Shown one piece after another: positions 41,852-51,552 of a stretch of DNA of 64,000 nt; position 1 is the stretch's first letter; each line of letters opens with the position of its first letter. The notes below the pieces were generated by a model, which saw only the letters and a program-made list of their open reading frames with translations, did no database searches and had not been told where the DNA came from. The translations under genes and the position numbers were made by a program. Origin of the DNA: an uncultured Chloroflexia bacterium (lineage in GTDB: Bacteria; Chloroflexota; Limnocylindria; Limnocylindrales; CSP1-4); contig CAVWLQ010000002.1 of assembly GCA_963755995.1 (NCBI GenBank), forward strand, positions 129,612-193,611, given 5' to 3'.

Positions 41852-43269
41852 CGGCGGCCCGACGGGCGATGCGCCAGGTACTCGAGCACATCGAGCTTGG
41901 TCACGACGCCGATCGGACGCCGGCCGCTCGTCGCGATCACGGCGGACGAGCCATCCGACAGCAGCCCGAACGCCTCGTCCAGGCTCGCCGAGACGTCGAC
42001 GAACGGCAGCGGCCGGTCCATCACCTCACCGACCGTCCGCTCGACGATCGACGGGTCACGGAAGGCCCGGTCGAGGAGGCCCTTCTCGGTGATCGAGCCG
42101 ACGAAGCCCTCGAGCGCGTCGCCGTCCGGTCGCTCCGACACCGGCAGCTGGCTGATCGAGTACTCCTGGAGCGTCGCGATGGCCTCCCCCACCCGCTGGG
42201 TCGTCCGGGCGATGACGAGGTCCGGAAGGAGCCCTGCGTGGTGGCGGTCGTTGAGGAGGTCGTCGACGCGGATGACGGCGCCGGTCGTGGCCAGCAGGCC
42301 GTTGGCGCGCATCCACTCGTCGTTGTAGATCTTCGACAGGTAGCTCCGGCCGCTGTCGGGCAGCAGCACCACGACGACGGCGTCACGGCCCGCCTCCGTG
42401 CCCGCGAGCTCGCCGACGACCTGCAGGGCCGCGACCATCGCGGTCCCGCACGAGCCGCCCGAGAGGATCCCTTCCTCCCGGGTGAGCCGCCGGGCCATGG
42501 CGAACGCGTCGCGGTCGCTGACGCGGACCCAGCGGTCGATGACCGACGGGTCGTAGGTCCCCGGGACGAAATCCTCGCCGACGCCCTCGGTCAGGTACGG
42601 CCGCGCGGTGTCGCCGGACAGCACGCTGCCTTCCGGGTCCGCCCCGATCACCTGGATCGCCGGATCGTGGGCCTTCAGCACGCGCGCGGCGCCGGAGATC
42701 GTCCCGCCCGTGCCGACGCTCGCGACGAAGTGGCTGATCCGGCCGTCGGTCTGCTCCAGCAGCTCCGGCCCGGTCGTCCGCTCGTGGGCGGCCGGGTTCT
42801 CGGGGTTCCAGTACTGGTCGGGCTTGAACGCGCCAGGGATGTCCCGGGCGAGACGCGCCGCCACCGAGTAGTACGACTCGGGCGACTCGGGCGCGACGTT
42901 GGTCGGGCACAGCACGACCTCGGCGCCGTAGGCCCGCAGCAGCTGCTGCTTCTCGGACGACTGCTTGTCGGCCATGACGAAGATGCAGCGGTAGCCCTTG
43001 AGGGCGGCGGCGATGGCCAGGCCATGACCGGTGTTGCCGGAGGTCGGCTCGATGATCGTGCCGCCCGGCTTGAGCAGGCCCGCCCGTTCGGCCGCCTCGA
43101 TCATCGGCAGCCCGATCCGATCCTTGACCGAGCCGCCCGGGTTGAGCATCTCGAGCTTCGCGAGCAGCAGCGGCTGCCGGTCGGCCGGCCCGAGATCCTG
43201 GGTCAGTCGCGTGATCCGGACCAGCGGGGTGTGACCGACGAGGTCGAGGATCGACTCCGCGTACTGCAT
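41848..43269 (-). CDS. cbs: Cystathionine beta-synthase (PALP domain plus tandem CBS domains)
   Basis: PLP-Lys LNPGGSVKDRIG; SVGTGGTISG; C-terminal Bateman (CBS pair) region. Overlaps the GNAT gene by 4 nt. Confidence 0.85.
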   Translation of the reverse strand: MQYAESILDLVGHTPLVRITRLTQDLGPADRQPLLLAKLEMLNPGGSVKDRIGLPMIEAAERAGLLKPGGTIIEPTSGNTGHGLAIAAALKGYRCIFVMADKQSSEKQQLLRAYGAEVVLCPTNVAPESPESYYSVAARLARDIPGAFKPDQYWNPENPAAHERTTGPELLEQTDGRISHFVASVGTGGTISGAARVLKAHDPAIQVIGADPEGSVLSGDTARPYLTEGVGEDFVPGTYDPSVIDRWVRVSDRDAFAMARRLTREEGILSGGSCGTAMVAALQVVGELAGTEAGRDAVVVVLLPDSGRSYLSKIYNDEWMRANGLLATTGAVIRVDDLLNDRHHAGLLPDLVIARTTQRVGEAIATLQEYSISQLPVSERPDGDALEGFVGSITEKGLLDRAFRDPSIVERTVGEVMDRPLPFVDVSASLDEAFGLLSDGSSAVIATSGRRPIGVVTKLDVLEYLAHRPSGRR

Positions 43270-43319
43270 CGCGGCCGAGTATACGGGCGGACCTCGCCAG
43301 CGGACCGCCGGCGCCGGTC

Positions 43320-44207
43320 TCAGCCCTCCCGATCGAGCCGGCCGGGCCGGAGGAGCAGCCAGGTCAGGCGGCGCTGGAGTCGTCGCGTGTGGCCGGGCGG
43401 ATCGACGGTCCCGGTGTAGAGCTCCTCGACCACGGGCCCCAGGATCGCGGCAAGCGCATCGCTCATCCGACGCGCCGTGTCGAGCTCCTCCCGGGAGCCC
43501 GCTGGCGGCAGGGCGGCGTCCGGCGCGAGACCCGCCAGGGCGCGCGGCGTGGTGGCCGGCAGGACCCGCGAGGCCAGCCGGCGGCCGATGTACAGCTCCT
43601 CGGTACCGGCGATGGCCAGCGGCACGATCGGTGCGTCCGTGCGCAGGGCGATGACCGCCCAGCCGGTCCGGAACGGCCCGATCCGGCCGGGCGGGCCGCT
43701 GACCGTGCCTTCCGGCATCTGCGCGAACACGGCCCGGTTGGCGATGACCGCGCGGGCCGAGGCGATGTGCTGCTCGATCCCGACCCCGCCGCGCCAGACC
43801 GGGAGGAGCCCGCCGACGCGATGGATCAGCCGCTCACGCCAGCGCGAGGTGAAGGTCGACGGGCCACTGCCGAGGAACCACGCCCGCGGCTGGGCCGGGA
43901 TCGCGTGCATCACGACGAACGGGTCCATCCAGCCACGGTGCGCGGCCGCGACCAGCAGGTAGCCGCCGCGCGGCAGCTCCTCCTGACCCGATGTCGCGAT
44001 CCGAAAGCGGAAGACGCCGAAGATGAGAAAACGCCCGAGGAGCCGGAGGAGTCGATACAGGATCGAGGCCTTCGCCTCCGGCGGCCGTCCGAGCCAGGCC
44101 AGGCCCTCGACCGCGCCGCCGCGTCCCGCCGCGAGGGCCTCGGGCGAGACACGTCCGGGCGGCGGCCGACGGCGGGCGGTGCCGCGCGACGGCCCGGGAT
44201 CCGTCAT
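43320..44207 (-). CDS. 1-acyl-sn-glycerol-3-phosphate acyltransferase (PlsC/LPLAT family)
   Basis: HX4D motif AAHRGWMDPF; acyltransferase block PEGTVSGPPG. Confidence 0.75.
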   Translation of the reverse strand: MTDPGPSRGTARRRPPPGRVSPEALAAGRGGAVEGLAWLGRPPEAKASILYRLLRLLGRFLIFGVFRFRIATSGQEELPRGGYLLVAAAHRGWMDPFVVMHAIPAQPRAWFLGSGPSTFTSRWRERLIHRVGGLLPVWRGGVGIEQHIASARAVIANRAVFAQMPEGTVSGPPGRIGPFRTGWAVIALRTDAPIVPLAIAGTEELYIGRRLASRVLPATTPRALAGLAPDAALPPAGSREELDTARRMSDALAAILGPVVEELYTGTVDPPGHTRRLQRRLTWLLLRPGRLDREG

Positions 44208-44208
44208 C

Positions 44209-45354
44209 TCAGGTCACGGCCGAGCCAGGTCCCTCGTTCGTGGCCGGCGGCGAGACCGGCCGGTCCTCTGCCGGATCGTCCTCGGCCGGGTCGCCGTCGT
44301 CGTCGAGGTCGTGGTCCTCCACGCGGTCGGTGCCGAACTCGTCGCGGCCGTCATCGTCGGGTTCCTCGTCGTCGGGTCCGTCGGCGTCACCGTCGTCCAC
44401 GTCGCCGTCGGCTTCCTCGCCGTCATCGTCCTCGTCGTCATCGTCGTACTCGTCGTCATCGTCGTCCTCGAGCTCGTCGGGATCGACCGGCCGACCGATG
44501 GCGCCCCACGTCTGGTTCGCCGGGAAGCTGGCCGGGTCGTCCAGCGGCGCACCGGCCCGGTGCCGCCAGAAGAGGATGACCAGAGCCCCGAGGATGAACA
44601 GGGTGGACACGATCTGCGCGGTCGGGATGCCGAAGAACGTCCAGTTGCCCTCGCGGAACGCCTCGAGCGTGAACCGCACGGCGCCGTACCAGATGAAGAA
44701 GACCAGCAGGAGGTCGCCCGGCCGCAGCCGCTTGCGGGCGTGGAAGCCGAGCCAGATGAGCACGATCGCGCCGAGCGCGCCGGACAGCGACTCGTACAGG
44801 AACAGCGGGTGGAACCGGGTCGTCTCCGGCAGGACCGCGCAGGTGTAGTCGAAGCCGGCCCCTGCGATCCGGTGGGCGCAATCGATCGGGATGCCCCAGG
44901 GCAGGGTCGTCGGCGAGCCGTACAGCTCCTGGTTGAAGAAGTTGCCCCAGCGGGCGATGGCCTGCATCACGAACAGGCCGGGCGCGATGATGTCCGCCCA
45001 GCGCAGGAACGGGGCCTTCTTGTAGCGCGCGTACAGCCACGCGGCGATCGTTCCCGTGATGATCCCGCCGTAGACGCCGAGGCCGGAGTACGGCGGCAGG
45101 AAGATCCTGATCGGGTCGTCCTTGTACAGCGCCCACTGGTCGATGACGTGGTAGGCGCGGCCGCCGATGAGCGCCGCGACCGCGACGATGATCAGGCCGT
45201 TGCCGAGGATGTCGGCGTCCTCGCCGGCTCGCTTCGCCAGCCAGCTCATGACCAGGTAGGCGGCCGCGAGGCCCACGGCGTAGCCGATCCCGTACCAGTA
45301 GACGGGGATCGGGCCGAGCGTGAAGGCGATCGGATCCGGGGTGAAATCGAGCAT
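44209..45354 (-). CDS. lgt: Prolipoprotein diacylglyceryl transferase with poly-acidic C-terminal tail
   Basis: Canonical Lgt motifs YWYGIGYAVG, GGRAYHV, RWGNFFNQELYG, HPLFLYESL. About 90-aa D/E-rich tail. Confidence 0.85.
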   Translation of the reverse strand: MLDFTPDPIAFTLGPIPVYWYGIGYAVGLAAAYLVMSWLAKRAGEDADILGNGLIIVAVAALIGGRAYHVIDQWALYKDDPIRIFLPPYSGLGVYGGIITGTIAAWLYARYKKAPFLRWADIIAPGLFVMQAIARWGNFFNQELYGSPTTLPWGIPIDCAHRIAGAGFDYTCAVLPETTRFHPLFLYESLSGALGAIVLIWLGFHARKRLRPGDLLLVFFIWYGAVRFTLEAFREGNWTFFGIPTAQIVSTLFILGALVILFWRHRAGAPLDDPASFPANQTWGAIGRPVDPDELEDDDDDEYDDDDEDDDGEEADGDVDDGDADGPDDEEPDDDGRDEFGTDRVEDHDLDDDGDPAEDDPAEDRPVSPPATNEGPGSAVT

Positions 45355-45395
45355 CCGAGGAGTGTAGCGGCGCCGCTGCCTATACTTCGCCGCGG

Positions 45396-45758
45396 GTGAA
45401 TGCCGAGTTCAACGTCTGGCTGCTCATCGTCGGGCTCGTCGTGGGAGCCGGGCTGGTTTGGCTCGTCATCCTCGATTCACGACGGCGCGAGACCGAGATC
45501 GACGAGGCCGAACGGCTCGGCGAGGCCGCCTGGCTGTCCGCCGTCCTGGCCGAGGAGGGCGTCGCGGTCAGCCCCGATACCGCCGATCGCATGCTCCAGC
45601 TGCACCGCGCCTATCTCGAGGCACCCCCTCCCGATGGCGCCCTCGACGGGGCGCCGGCGATGGCGACGGACGAGCCGGCGGCGGATGGGCCGGCGCCCGA
45701 GGACGCCGGGTCAGAGCCCGCCGAGGAGGACCGGGTCGGTCTCGAGGGTGGTGCCTGA
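45396..45758 (+). CDS. Hypothetical small membrane protein (N-terminal TM, acidic C-terminus)
   Basis: GTG start. FNVWLLIVGLVVGAGLVWLVIL. 3' end overlaps the convergent anti-sigma gene by about 48 nt. Confidence 0.4.
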   Translation: MNAEFNVWLLIVGLVVGAGLVWLVILDSRRRETEIDEAERLGEAAWLSAVLAEEGVAVSPDTADRMLQLHRAYLEAPPPDGALDGAPAMATDEPAADGPAPEDAGSEPAEEDRVGLEGGA

Positions 45759-46607
45759 AGCTCCGACCAGGGACACCCCGAAGGTCGCGCCCGTCGACAC
45801 GTCCGAGATGGCCGGCACCGGGCCGACCCAATAGGCGATGTCCTCCGCGAAGAACATCTTGCCGATCCGCTGGCGCGAGCCGTCGACCATGACCCAGCAG
45901 CGGTACTCGTAGCCGGCCGGCGGCGGCACGAGACCCGTGGCCACGACCGACAGCTCGGTCGTCGACGGCGAGAAGACCAGGTTGCCGTCGGCGGCCGGGT
46001 CCGTGACGCCCGCCAGCGCGACGTGCTCGGCATCCGGCTGGGAGATCACCGCCATCGTCGTGACCGTGACCTCCTCGAGCGCGTTGATGGTCTCCGACTG
46101 GGCCGCCAGCTGGGCGTCCACCCGGGAGCCGACGACGAGCGTCGTGGTCAGGACGGACAGGATGACGGCCGCCGCGATGGTGGCGACCATGCCGAGAGCC
46201 GTCCAGGGGCGCCGTCCGGCACGGGGCGCGACGACGACCGCGGATGGTGGCGCGGCCGCCGCCGGGGCGGCCATGACCGGAGCCATCGTGGGGAGTGCCG
46301 TGGCTGCCGCGACATCGCCGGCGCCGGCCGGGGCCGCGGCGGTCGCCAGCGGGCGCGGCACGCCCTGGGCACGAACGGCGGCAAGGGTCCGGGCACGGAG
46401 GTCGTCGGGCGGGAGCTCGCGGACGGCGGATCGGATGAGCGCGGCCGACCGCTGGAGCCGGAGCAGCTCCTCGCTGCACGCGTCGCAGCCGGCCAGGTGC
46501 GCGGCGACCGCCTGGGCCGTGGCGGTGTCGCCGGCCATCAGGCGCTCGAGGCCGCCCGGCTCGGCCGCAGCCAGGTCGAGCTGTTCGCGCGTGGCGTCGT
46601 GGTCCAT
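45711..46607 (-). CDS. Anti-sigma factor, RskA-like (zinc-finger anti-sigma N-domain, TM helix, extracytoplasmic RskA domain)
   Basis: HLAGCDACSEEL zinc-binding motif. TM TALGMVATIAAAVILSVL. Directly downstream of the ECF sigma gene. Confidence 0.7.
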   Translation of the reverse strand: MDHDATREQLDLAAAEPGGLERLMAGDTATAQAVAAHLAGCDACSEELLRLQRSAALIRSAVRELPPDDLRARTLAAVRAQGVPRPLATAAAPAGAGDVAAATALPTMAPVMAAPAAAAPPSAVVVAPRAGRRPWTALGMVATIAAAVILSVLTTTLVVGSRVDAQLAAQSETINALEEVTVTTMAVISQPDAEHVALAGVTDPAADGNLVFSPSTTELSVVATGLVPPPAGYEYRCWVMVDGSRQRIGKMFFAEDIAYWVGPVPAISDVSTGATFGVSLVGASGTTLETDPVLLGGL

Positions 46608-46614
46608 CGTGTCC

Positions 46615-47289
46615 TTATCGATCTTCGCCGGCGGGCACCGGCATCATGGCATCGGCGGCAGGGCCGAACTCGGCCCCGAGACCGGTCCGCAGCCGCTGGA
46701 GCGCCCGGCGCGTCCGCGTCTTGACCGTGCCGAGCGGCCAGCCCAGTCGGGCCGCGATCTCGGCCTGCGAGAGCTCTTCCTGATAGGCCAGGAGGATGAC
46801 CGTCCGCTCGTCCTCCGGCATGACCGCGACCGCCTGTCGGATCGCGTCGCGCAGCCCCACCGCGGCGAACGCGTCCTCCGGACTGGCCGGTGCGCTCGCG
46901 CCGGCGATCACCGACCCGCTCGACGCCAGCCGCTCGAGGGCCTGCGTCGCATCCTCGTCGGTGCCGGCCGCCGAGGAGAGATCGATGAGGTTGGGGCGGC
47001 GACCGGCCGCGCGGAGGCGGTCGATCGCCCGGTTGCGCGCGATCGCATGCAGCCACGCACCCAGCGATCCCGTAGCGGGATCGAAGGTTTCGGCGCGGTT
47101 CCACAGGATGAGGAATGTCTCCTGCACGACTTCCTCAGCTGTCCCTCTGTCAGATGTGAGGCGATAGGCGGCGGCGAAGATCGCCGATCCGTAACGGTCA
47201 TAGAGCGTCTCGAGGGCGGCCTCCGACCCTGCCGCCATCCGGAGGACGACCACAGCGTCATCGGTCGACCCCTCTCGACCATTCGTCAT
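46615..47289 (-). CDS. ECF sigma factor (SigK-like)
   Basis: Region 2 ETFLILWNRAETFD; region 4 LSQAEIAARLGWPLGTVKTRTRRALQRLR. Confidence 0.8.
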   Translation of the reverse strand: MTNGREGSTDDAVVVLRMAAGSEAALETLYDRYGSAIFAAAYRLTSDRGTAEEVVQETFLILWNRAETFDPATGSLGAWLHAIARNRAIDRLRAAGRRPNLIDLSSAAGTDEDATQALERLASSGSVIAGASAPASPEDAFAAVGLRDAIRQAVAVMPEDERTVILLAYQEELSQAEIAARLGWPLGTVKTRTRRALQRLRTGLGAEFGPAADAMMPVPAGEDR

Positions 47290-47364
47290 GGCATACGTGC
47301 CGGCGCGTCCATCGGATTGCCCTCCGCGAGGCGATAGCCTACCCCGGAGCGGCCGGATCGGCCG

Positions 47365-47685
47365 TCACCACGTCCCGGCGGCGCGGAGAGCGACGCGATC
47401 GAGGGTGCCGGCCGGCCGGTGCGCCTCGAGGCAGGCCACGCCACCCGGCCCGACGACGGCGTCATGATCCGTCCCCGCCGGCAGCTCGAGCCGGTCGCCC
47501 GCGGCCAGCTCGATCGCCCCTCCGCTCATGCCCCCTGCCGGCAGACCGAAACGGATCGAGCCCCGCTCGACCACGATGACCTTGTCGTAGCCGTGGTCGT
47601 GTGCCGCGTAGCGGTCGCCGGGGCCGTTCGACCAGCCGGTGGGGTCGAGGCCTTCGGCGCGAAGCCGTGCGCGGAGATCCGCCAT
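47365..47685 (-). CDS. Cupin domain protein
   Basis: 106 aa. HDHGYDKVIVVERGSIRF...ELPAGTDHDAV. Confidence 0.6.
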   Translation of the reverse strand: MADLRARLRAEGLDPTGWSNGPGDRYAAHDHGYDKVIVVERGSIRFGLPAGGMSGGAIELAAGDRLELPAGTDHDAVVGPGGVACLEAHRPAGTLDRVALRAAGTW

Positions 47686-47698
47686 CGGGTCCGGGCGC

Positions 47699-48898
47699 TC
47701 AGACCGCGCCCACGCCGATGATCGAGCCGATCAGGTAGGTCACGATGGCGGCGGCCAGCCCGATCCCGAGCTGCCGGAAGCCCGAGAAGATGAGACCGCG
47801 CCCGGTCAGCAGGCTGACCGCGGCACCGACCGTGAAGAGCGCGACGAGGCTGAGCCCGAGGCTGACCAGCAGGACCGCGGTCCCGCCCCCGAACAGGTAC
47901 GGGAGCACCGGGATGACTGCACCGATGGCGAAGGCGACGAAGGAGCCGCCGGCCGCCTTCCACGGCGACCCGAGCTCGTCCGGATCGAGCCCGAGCTCCT
48001 CCCGGACGAGGGTGTCGAGGGCCGTCGCCGGATCGCGGAAGATCCGGTGGGCGATCCCCGCCGCCTCGTCGGGTGCGAAGCCCTTGGCCCGGTAGGCGGC
48101 GGCCAGCTCGGCCTCCTCCTCCTCGGGCATCGCCTCCATCTCTGCCCGCTCGAGCGCGATCTGGCGCTCGAACAGCTCGCGCTGGCTCTGCATCGAGATG
48201 TATTCGCCGGCGGCCATGCTGAAGGCGCCGGCGAGGAGACCGGCGATCCCGGCCAGCAGGATGAAGCTCGGATTGCCCGATGAGGCACCGGCCACGCCCA
48301 TGACCAGCGAGAGGTTGCTGACGAGGCCGTCGCTCACGCCGAAGATCACCGCGCGGAGCGTGCCGGACCGGCCACCGGTGCGGTGCCAGGTCTCGCGGTT
48401 ACCGATCTCGGCGGCGCTGCTGGCCCGGCGGGCGATGGCCACCCCATCCCGCGACCCGGTCACGTCGCCGAACTGATCACCCGCCTTCAGCTGGTCCCAG
48501 ATGATCGCGTGCTGTCGCTCGTCGGCGGCGATGGCGGCCACCTCGGGCGACGCGCCCTGGGCGACGTACAGGCCCTCCTCGTCGCCCTCGAGGGCCTTGA
48601 CCAGGTCGGCCACCGCACCCGTGCCGAGGACCCGGGCCGCCACGATGATGAACCGGACGCGCATCCGCGGCCGGTCCGGCGATGGGACGGTCGCCCCGAG
48701 CTCGCGCAGCTTGCCCGCCCAGATCTCGGCGTGCCGCCGCTCGTTCCCGGCGATCCGCCGGAAGGCGTCGGCGCGGCGGGGATCCTTCTCGATGCCGGCC
48801 AGCGCGTCGTACAGGACGATCGCGTCGCGTTCCAGCTTCAGGTTGTCGAGGCTCTGGCTGACGTCGATCGCGGGCACGGCCGCATCGTAGGCCATCAC
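47699..48898 (-). CDS. Ferritin-like (erythrin) domain fused to a VIT1/CCC1 iron/manganese transporter (MbfA-like)
   Basis: Di-iron motifs ERRHAEIW and DERQHAIIW in the N-terminal half. C-terminal 5-TM VIT1 domain (GVSDGLVSNLSL...). Confidence 0.75.
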   Translation of the reverse strand: MMAYDAAVPAIDVSQSLDNLKLERDAIVLYDALAGIEKDPRRADAFRRIAGNERRHAEIWAGKLRELGATVPSPDRPRMRVRFIIVAARVLGTGAVADLVKALEGDEEGLYVAQGASPEVAAIAADERQHAIIWDQLKAGDQFGDVTGSRDGVAIARRASSAAEIGNRETWHRTGGRSGTLRAVIFGVSDGLVSNLSLVMGVAGASSGNPSFILLAGIAGLLAGAFSMAAGEYISMQSQRELFERQIALERAEMEAMPEEEEAELAAAYRAKGFAPDEAAGIAHRIFRDPATALDTLVREELGLDPDELGSPWKAAGGSFVAFAIGAVIPVLPYLFGGGTAVLLVSLGLSLVALFTVGAAVSLLTGRGLIFSGFRQLGIGLAAAIVTYLIGSIIGVGAV

Positions 48899-48920
48899 CG
48901 GCGGGTAGACTCGCGTCGCG

Positions 48921-49922
48921 ATGACCGCCCCCGACGCCCGCCCGCTCCGCTACCTGTCCGCGGCCGACGTCATGGCGGCCATGCCGGACCTCGATGCCCG
49001 GCTGGACCTCGCCGAGCGGACCATGACCGCCCTGGTCGCGGACGCCGAGCTGCCACCCAAGATCGGCATCCACCCGCGACCCGACGATTCGGCGGTCCAC
49101 GCGATGCCCGCGTTCCTGCGCGGCGCCGACGGGACGGGACGGGACGACCGGATCGGCATGAAGTGGGTCGCGATCTTCCCGAGCAACAACGCCATCGGGC
49201 TGCCAGCCATCCACGGCCTGGTCGTCCTCAACGATGCGCTGACCGGCCGGCCGCAGGCGATCCTCGACGGAGGTCCGATCACCGCGCTCCGGACCGCCGC
49301 CATCAGCGGCGCGGCCATCCGGCGTTTCGCCCCCGTGGTGACCGGTCGCGCGCCACGGGCCGCCCTGATCGGGGCAGGCATCCAGGGCCACGGCCACCTC
49401 GCCGTCCTCGGGCGGCTCCTGCCCGGCGTGGCCGTCTCGCTGTACGACCGGCATCCCGACCGGCTCGAGACGCTGGCCGCGGCAGCGCGAACGACGGACG
49501 GGATCGGGGGCGTGACGTCCGCGCCCGACGCCCGCTCGGCCATCGCAGACGCGGACGTCGTCGTGACCACTGCGTCGTTCGGACCGGTCCGCCAGGTGAT
49601 GACGTCGGACTGGCTGACCGACGACGCGCTGATCGTCCCGGTCGACTACGCGACGTTCTGTGCCGCCGATGTCGCCCAGGGCGCGGCCCTGTTCCTCGTC
49701 GACGATCGCGAGCAGTTCCTGGCCAACCGCGATGCAGGCCTGTTCGACGGCTACCCGGATCCCACTGCGATGCTGGGCGAGGCGTTCCTGGCCGGCACGC
49801 CACGACCCGCGACGGGCCGGGTGGTGGCGACCCACCTGGGCGTCGGGCTCGCCGACGTCATCCTCGCGTCGGCCGTCCTCGAGCGTGCCGAATCGCTCGG
49901 TCTGGGCGTCGAGCTGCCCTGA
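48921..49922 (+). CDS. Ornithine cyclodeaminase / mu-crystallin family protein
   Basis: Rossmann GAGIQGHGHL. Family-typical N-terminal and C-terminal blocks. Confidence 0.85.
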   Translation: MTAPDARPLRYLSAADVMAAMPDLDARLDLAERTMTALVADAELPPKIGIHPRPDDSAVHAMPAFLRGADGTGRDDRIGMKWVAIFPSNNAIGLPAIHGLVVLNDALTGRPQAILDGGPITALRTAAISGAAIRRFAPVVTGRAPRAALIGAGIQGHGHLAVLGRLLPGVAVSLYDRHPDRLETLAAAARTTDGIGGVTSAPDARSAIADADVVVTTASFGPVRQVMTSDWLTDDALIVPVDYATFCAADVAQGAALFLVDDREQFLANRDAGLFDGYPDPTAMLGEAFLAGTPRPATGRVVATHLGVGLADVILASAVLERAESLGLGVELP

Positions 49923-49931
49923 CCGTCGCGG

Positions 49932-51494
49932 TCAGAACGGCCAGAAGACCGGGACCAGGACGACCGCGACCACGAAGAACAGGAGCAGCAGCGGCAGCCC
50001 GAGCTTCCAGTAGTCGCCGAAGCGATAGCCGCCCGGGCCCATGACCATCATGTTGACCGGCGTCGCGACCGGGGTCAGGAAGGACGCGGCCGCGGCGACC
50101 GTCACCGACATCAGGACGGGCTGCGGCGAGACGGCCAGCTCCGCGGCCGCGGCAACTGCGATCGGGATCACGATGAGCGCCGTGGCCATGTTGCTGATGA
50201 GCTGGCCGAGCGCCGCCGTGATCACGAAGAGGCCGGCCAGCAGCGCGTACGGCCCCGCGTCCCGGACCGCGCCGACGAGGGCATCGGCGATCTGGTCCGC
50301 GGCGCCGGTCTGGGTCATCGCGGTCGACAGCGGGATCATCCCGGCCACCAGCACGACCGTCGTCCAGTTGATCGCCCGGTAGGCGCCGTCCACGGACACG
50401 ACCCGCAGCAGGACCATGGCCCCGGCGGCGAGCAGGCCCGCCACGACCGACGGCACGACGCCGGTCGCGAGGGCGATGACCATCCCGACGAGGATGACGA
50501 TCGCCTCGCGGGCACCGAGGCCCAGGGGCACGACCTGGCGCCGGACCTGGTCGGGCTTGTCGACGACGAGGAGGTCCGGCCCGGCCACCCGCTCGTCGAG
50601 CGCCGACCACGCTCCCTGGAGCAGGAGCACGTCACCGACCGCGAGGACCAGGTCGCCGGGGCCCTGCTTCTCGCCCTTCCGCTGGATCGCGACGATGACG
50701 AGGTCGCCGCTATCCGTGACCATGCCCGGGAAGACCGTCTCGCCGATGAGGCCCGATCGGGGCGGGATCACGACCTCCGCGACGCCCGAGGCGCGGCTGA
50801 TGAGGGTCAGCTCGTCATCCAGCCCGTACTGCTCGACGAGCGTCAGGGCGTGCCGGCTGAAGTCGGTCGGGATCAGCTTGGCGGTCCGGCTCGGCAGCAG
50901 GCGCTCGCCGAACAGCACGACGATCACGATCGTCCCGATGACCAGCGGGACGCCCACGAGGGCGAACTCGAAGAACCCGAACGGCCGGCCGCCGTAGGTC
51001 GCAGCCGCCTCCGAGACGATGACGTTGACCGGCGTCCCGGTGAGAGCGAGCATCGAGCCGGCGTGGGCGCCGAACACCAGCGGCATCAGCAGCTGCGACG
51101 GGGACCGTCCGAGGCGGACCGCGATGACGACCACGACCGGCAGCAACGCGGCGACGGACCCGTTGACGCTGATCAGCGCGGTCAGCCCGGCGACGAGCAG
51201 CATCATCAGGACCAGCAGCCGGGTCCGGCTGTCGCCGACCCGCGCGACGAGCTCCTGGCCCGCCCAGGTCGTGACCCCCGAGGCGTCCAGGCCCTCGCTG
51301 ACGACGAACAGGGTGGCGATGAAGATGACCGCCGGGTCGCCGAACCCGGCCAGGGCCTGGGTCAGGTCGAGGACGCCCGTGAAGTAGAGGGCAAGGGCGG
51401 CCCCGATCGCGACGAGCCCGACCGGGATGCGGTTCGAGATGAACGCGATGACGACCGCGACCAGGATCGCGAACGTGATCGCCACGTCGCTCAT
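49932..51494 (-). CDS. SLC13/DASS-family anion permease with two central TrkA-C domains
   Basis: N- and C-terminal transporter repeats flank two TrkA_C-like segments (LTLISRASGVAEVVIPPRSGLIGETV...; LVLAVGDVLLLQGAW). Confidence 0.8.
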   Translation of the reverse strand: MSDVAITFAILVAVVIAFISNRIPVGLVAIGAALALYFTGVLDLTQALAGFGDPAVIFIATLFVVSEGLDASGVTTWAGQELVARVGDSRTRLLVLMMLLVAGLTALISVNGSVAALLPVVVVIAVRLGRSPSQLLMPLVFGAHAGSMLALTGTPVNVIVSEAAATYGGRPFGFFEFALVGVPLVIGTIVIVVLFGERLLPSRTAKLIPTDFSRHALTLVEQYGLDDELTLISRASGVAEVVIPPRSGLIGETVFPGMVTDSGDLVIVAIQRKGEKQGPGDLVLAVGDVLLLQGAWSALDERVAGPDLLVVDKPDQVRRQVVPLGLGAREAIVILVGMVIALATGVVPSVVAGLLAAGAMVLLRVVSVDGAYRAINWTTVVLVAGMIPLSTAMTQTGAADQIADALVGAVRDAGPYALLAGLFVITAALGQLISNMATALIVIPIAVAAAAELAVSPQPVLMSVTVAAAASFLTPVATPVNMMVMGPGGYRFGDYWKLGLPLLLLFFVVAVVLVPVFWPF

Positions 51495-51552
51495 CCGGTG
51501 GGGCCGGGTGGAACGACCGCGCCCGGGGACCGTCCCGGGCGCGCCGGATGCA

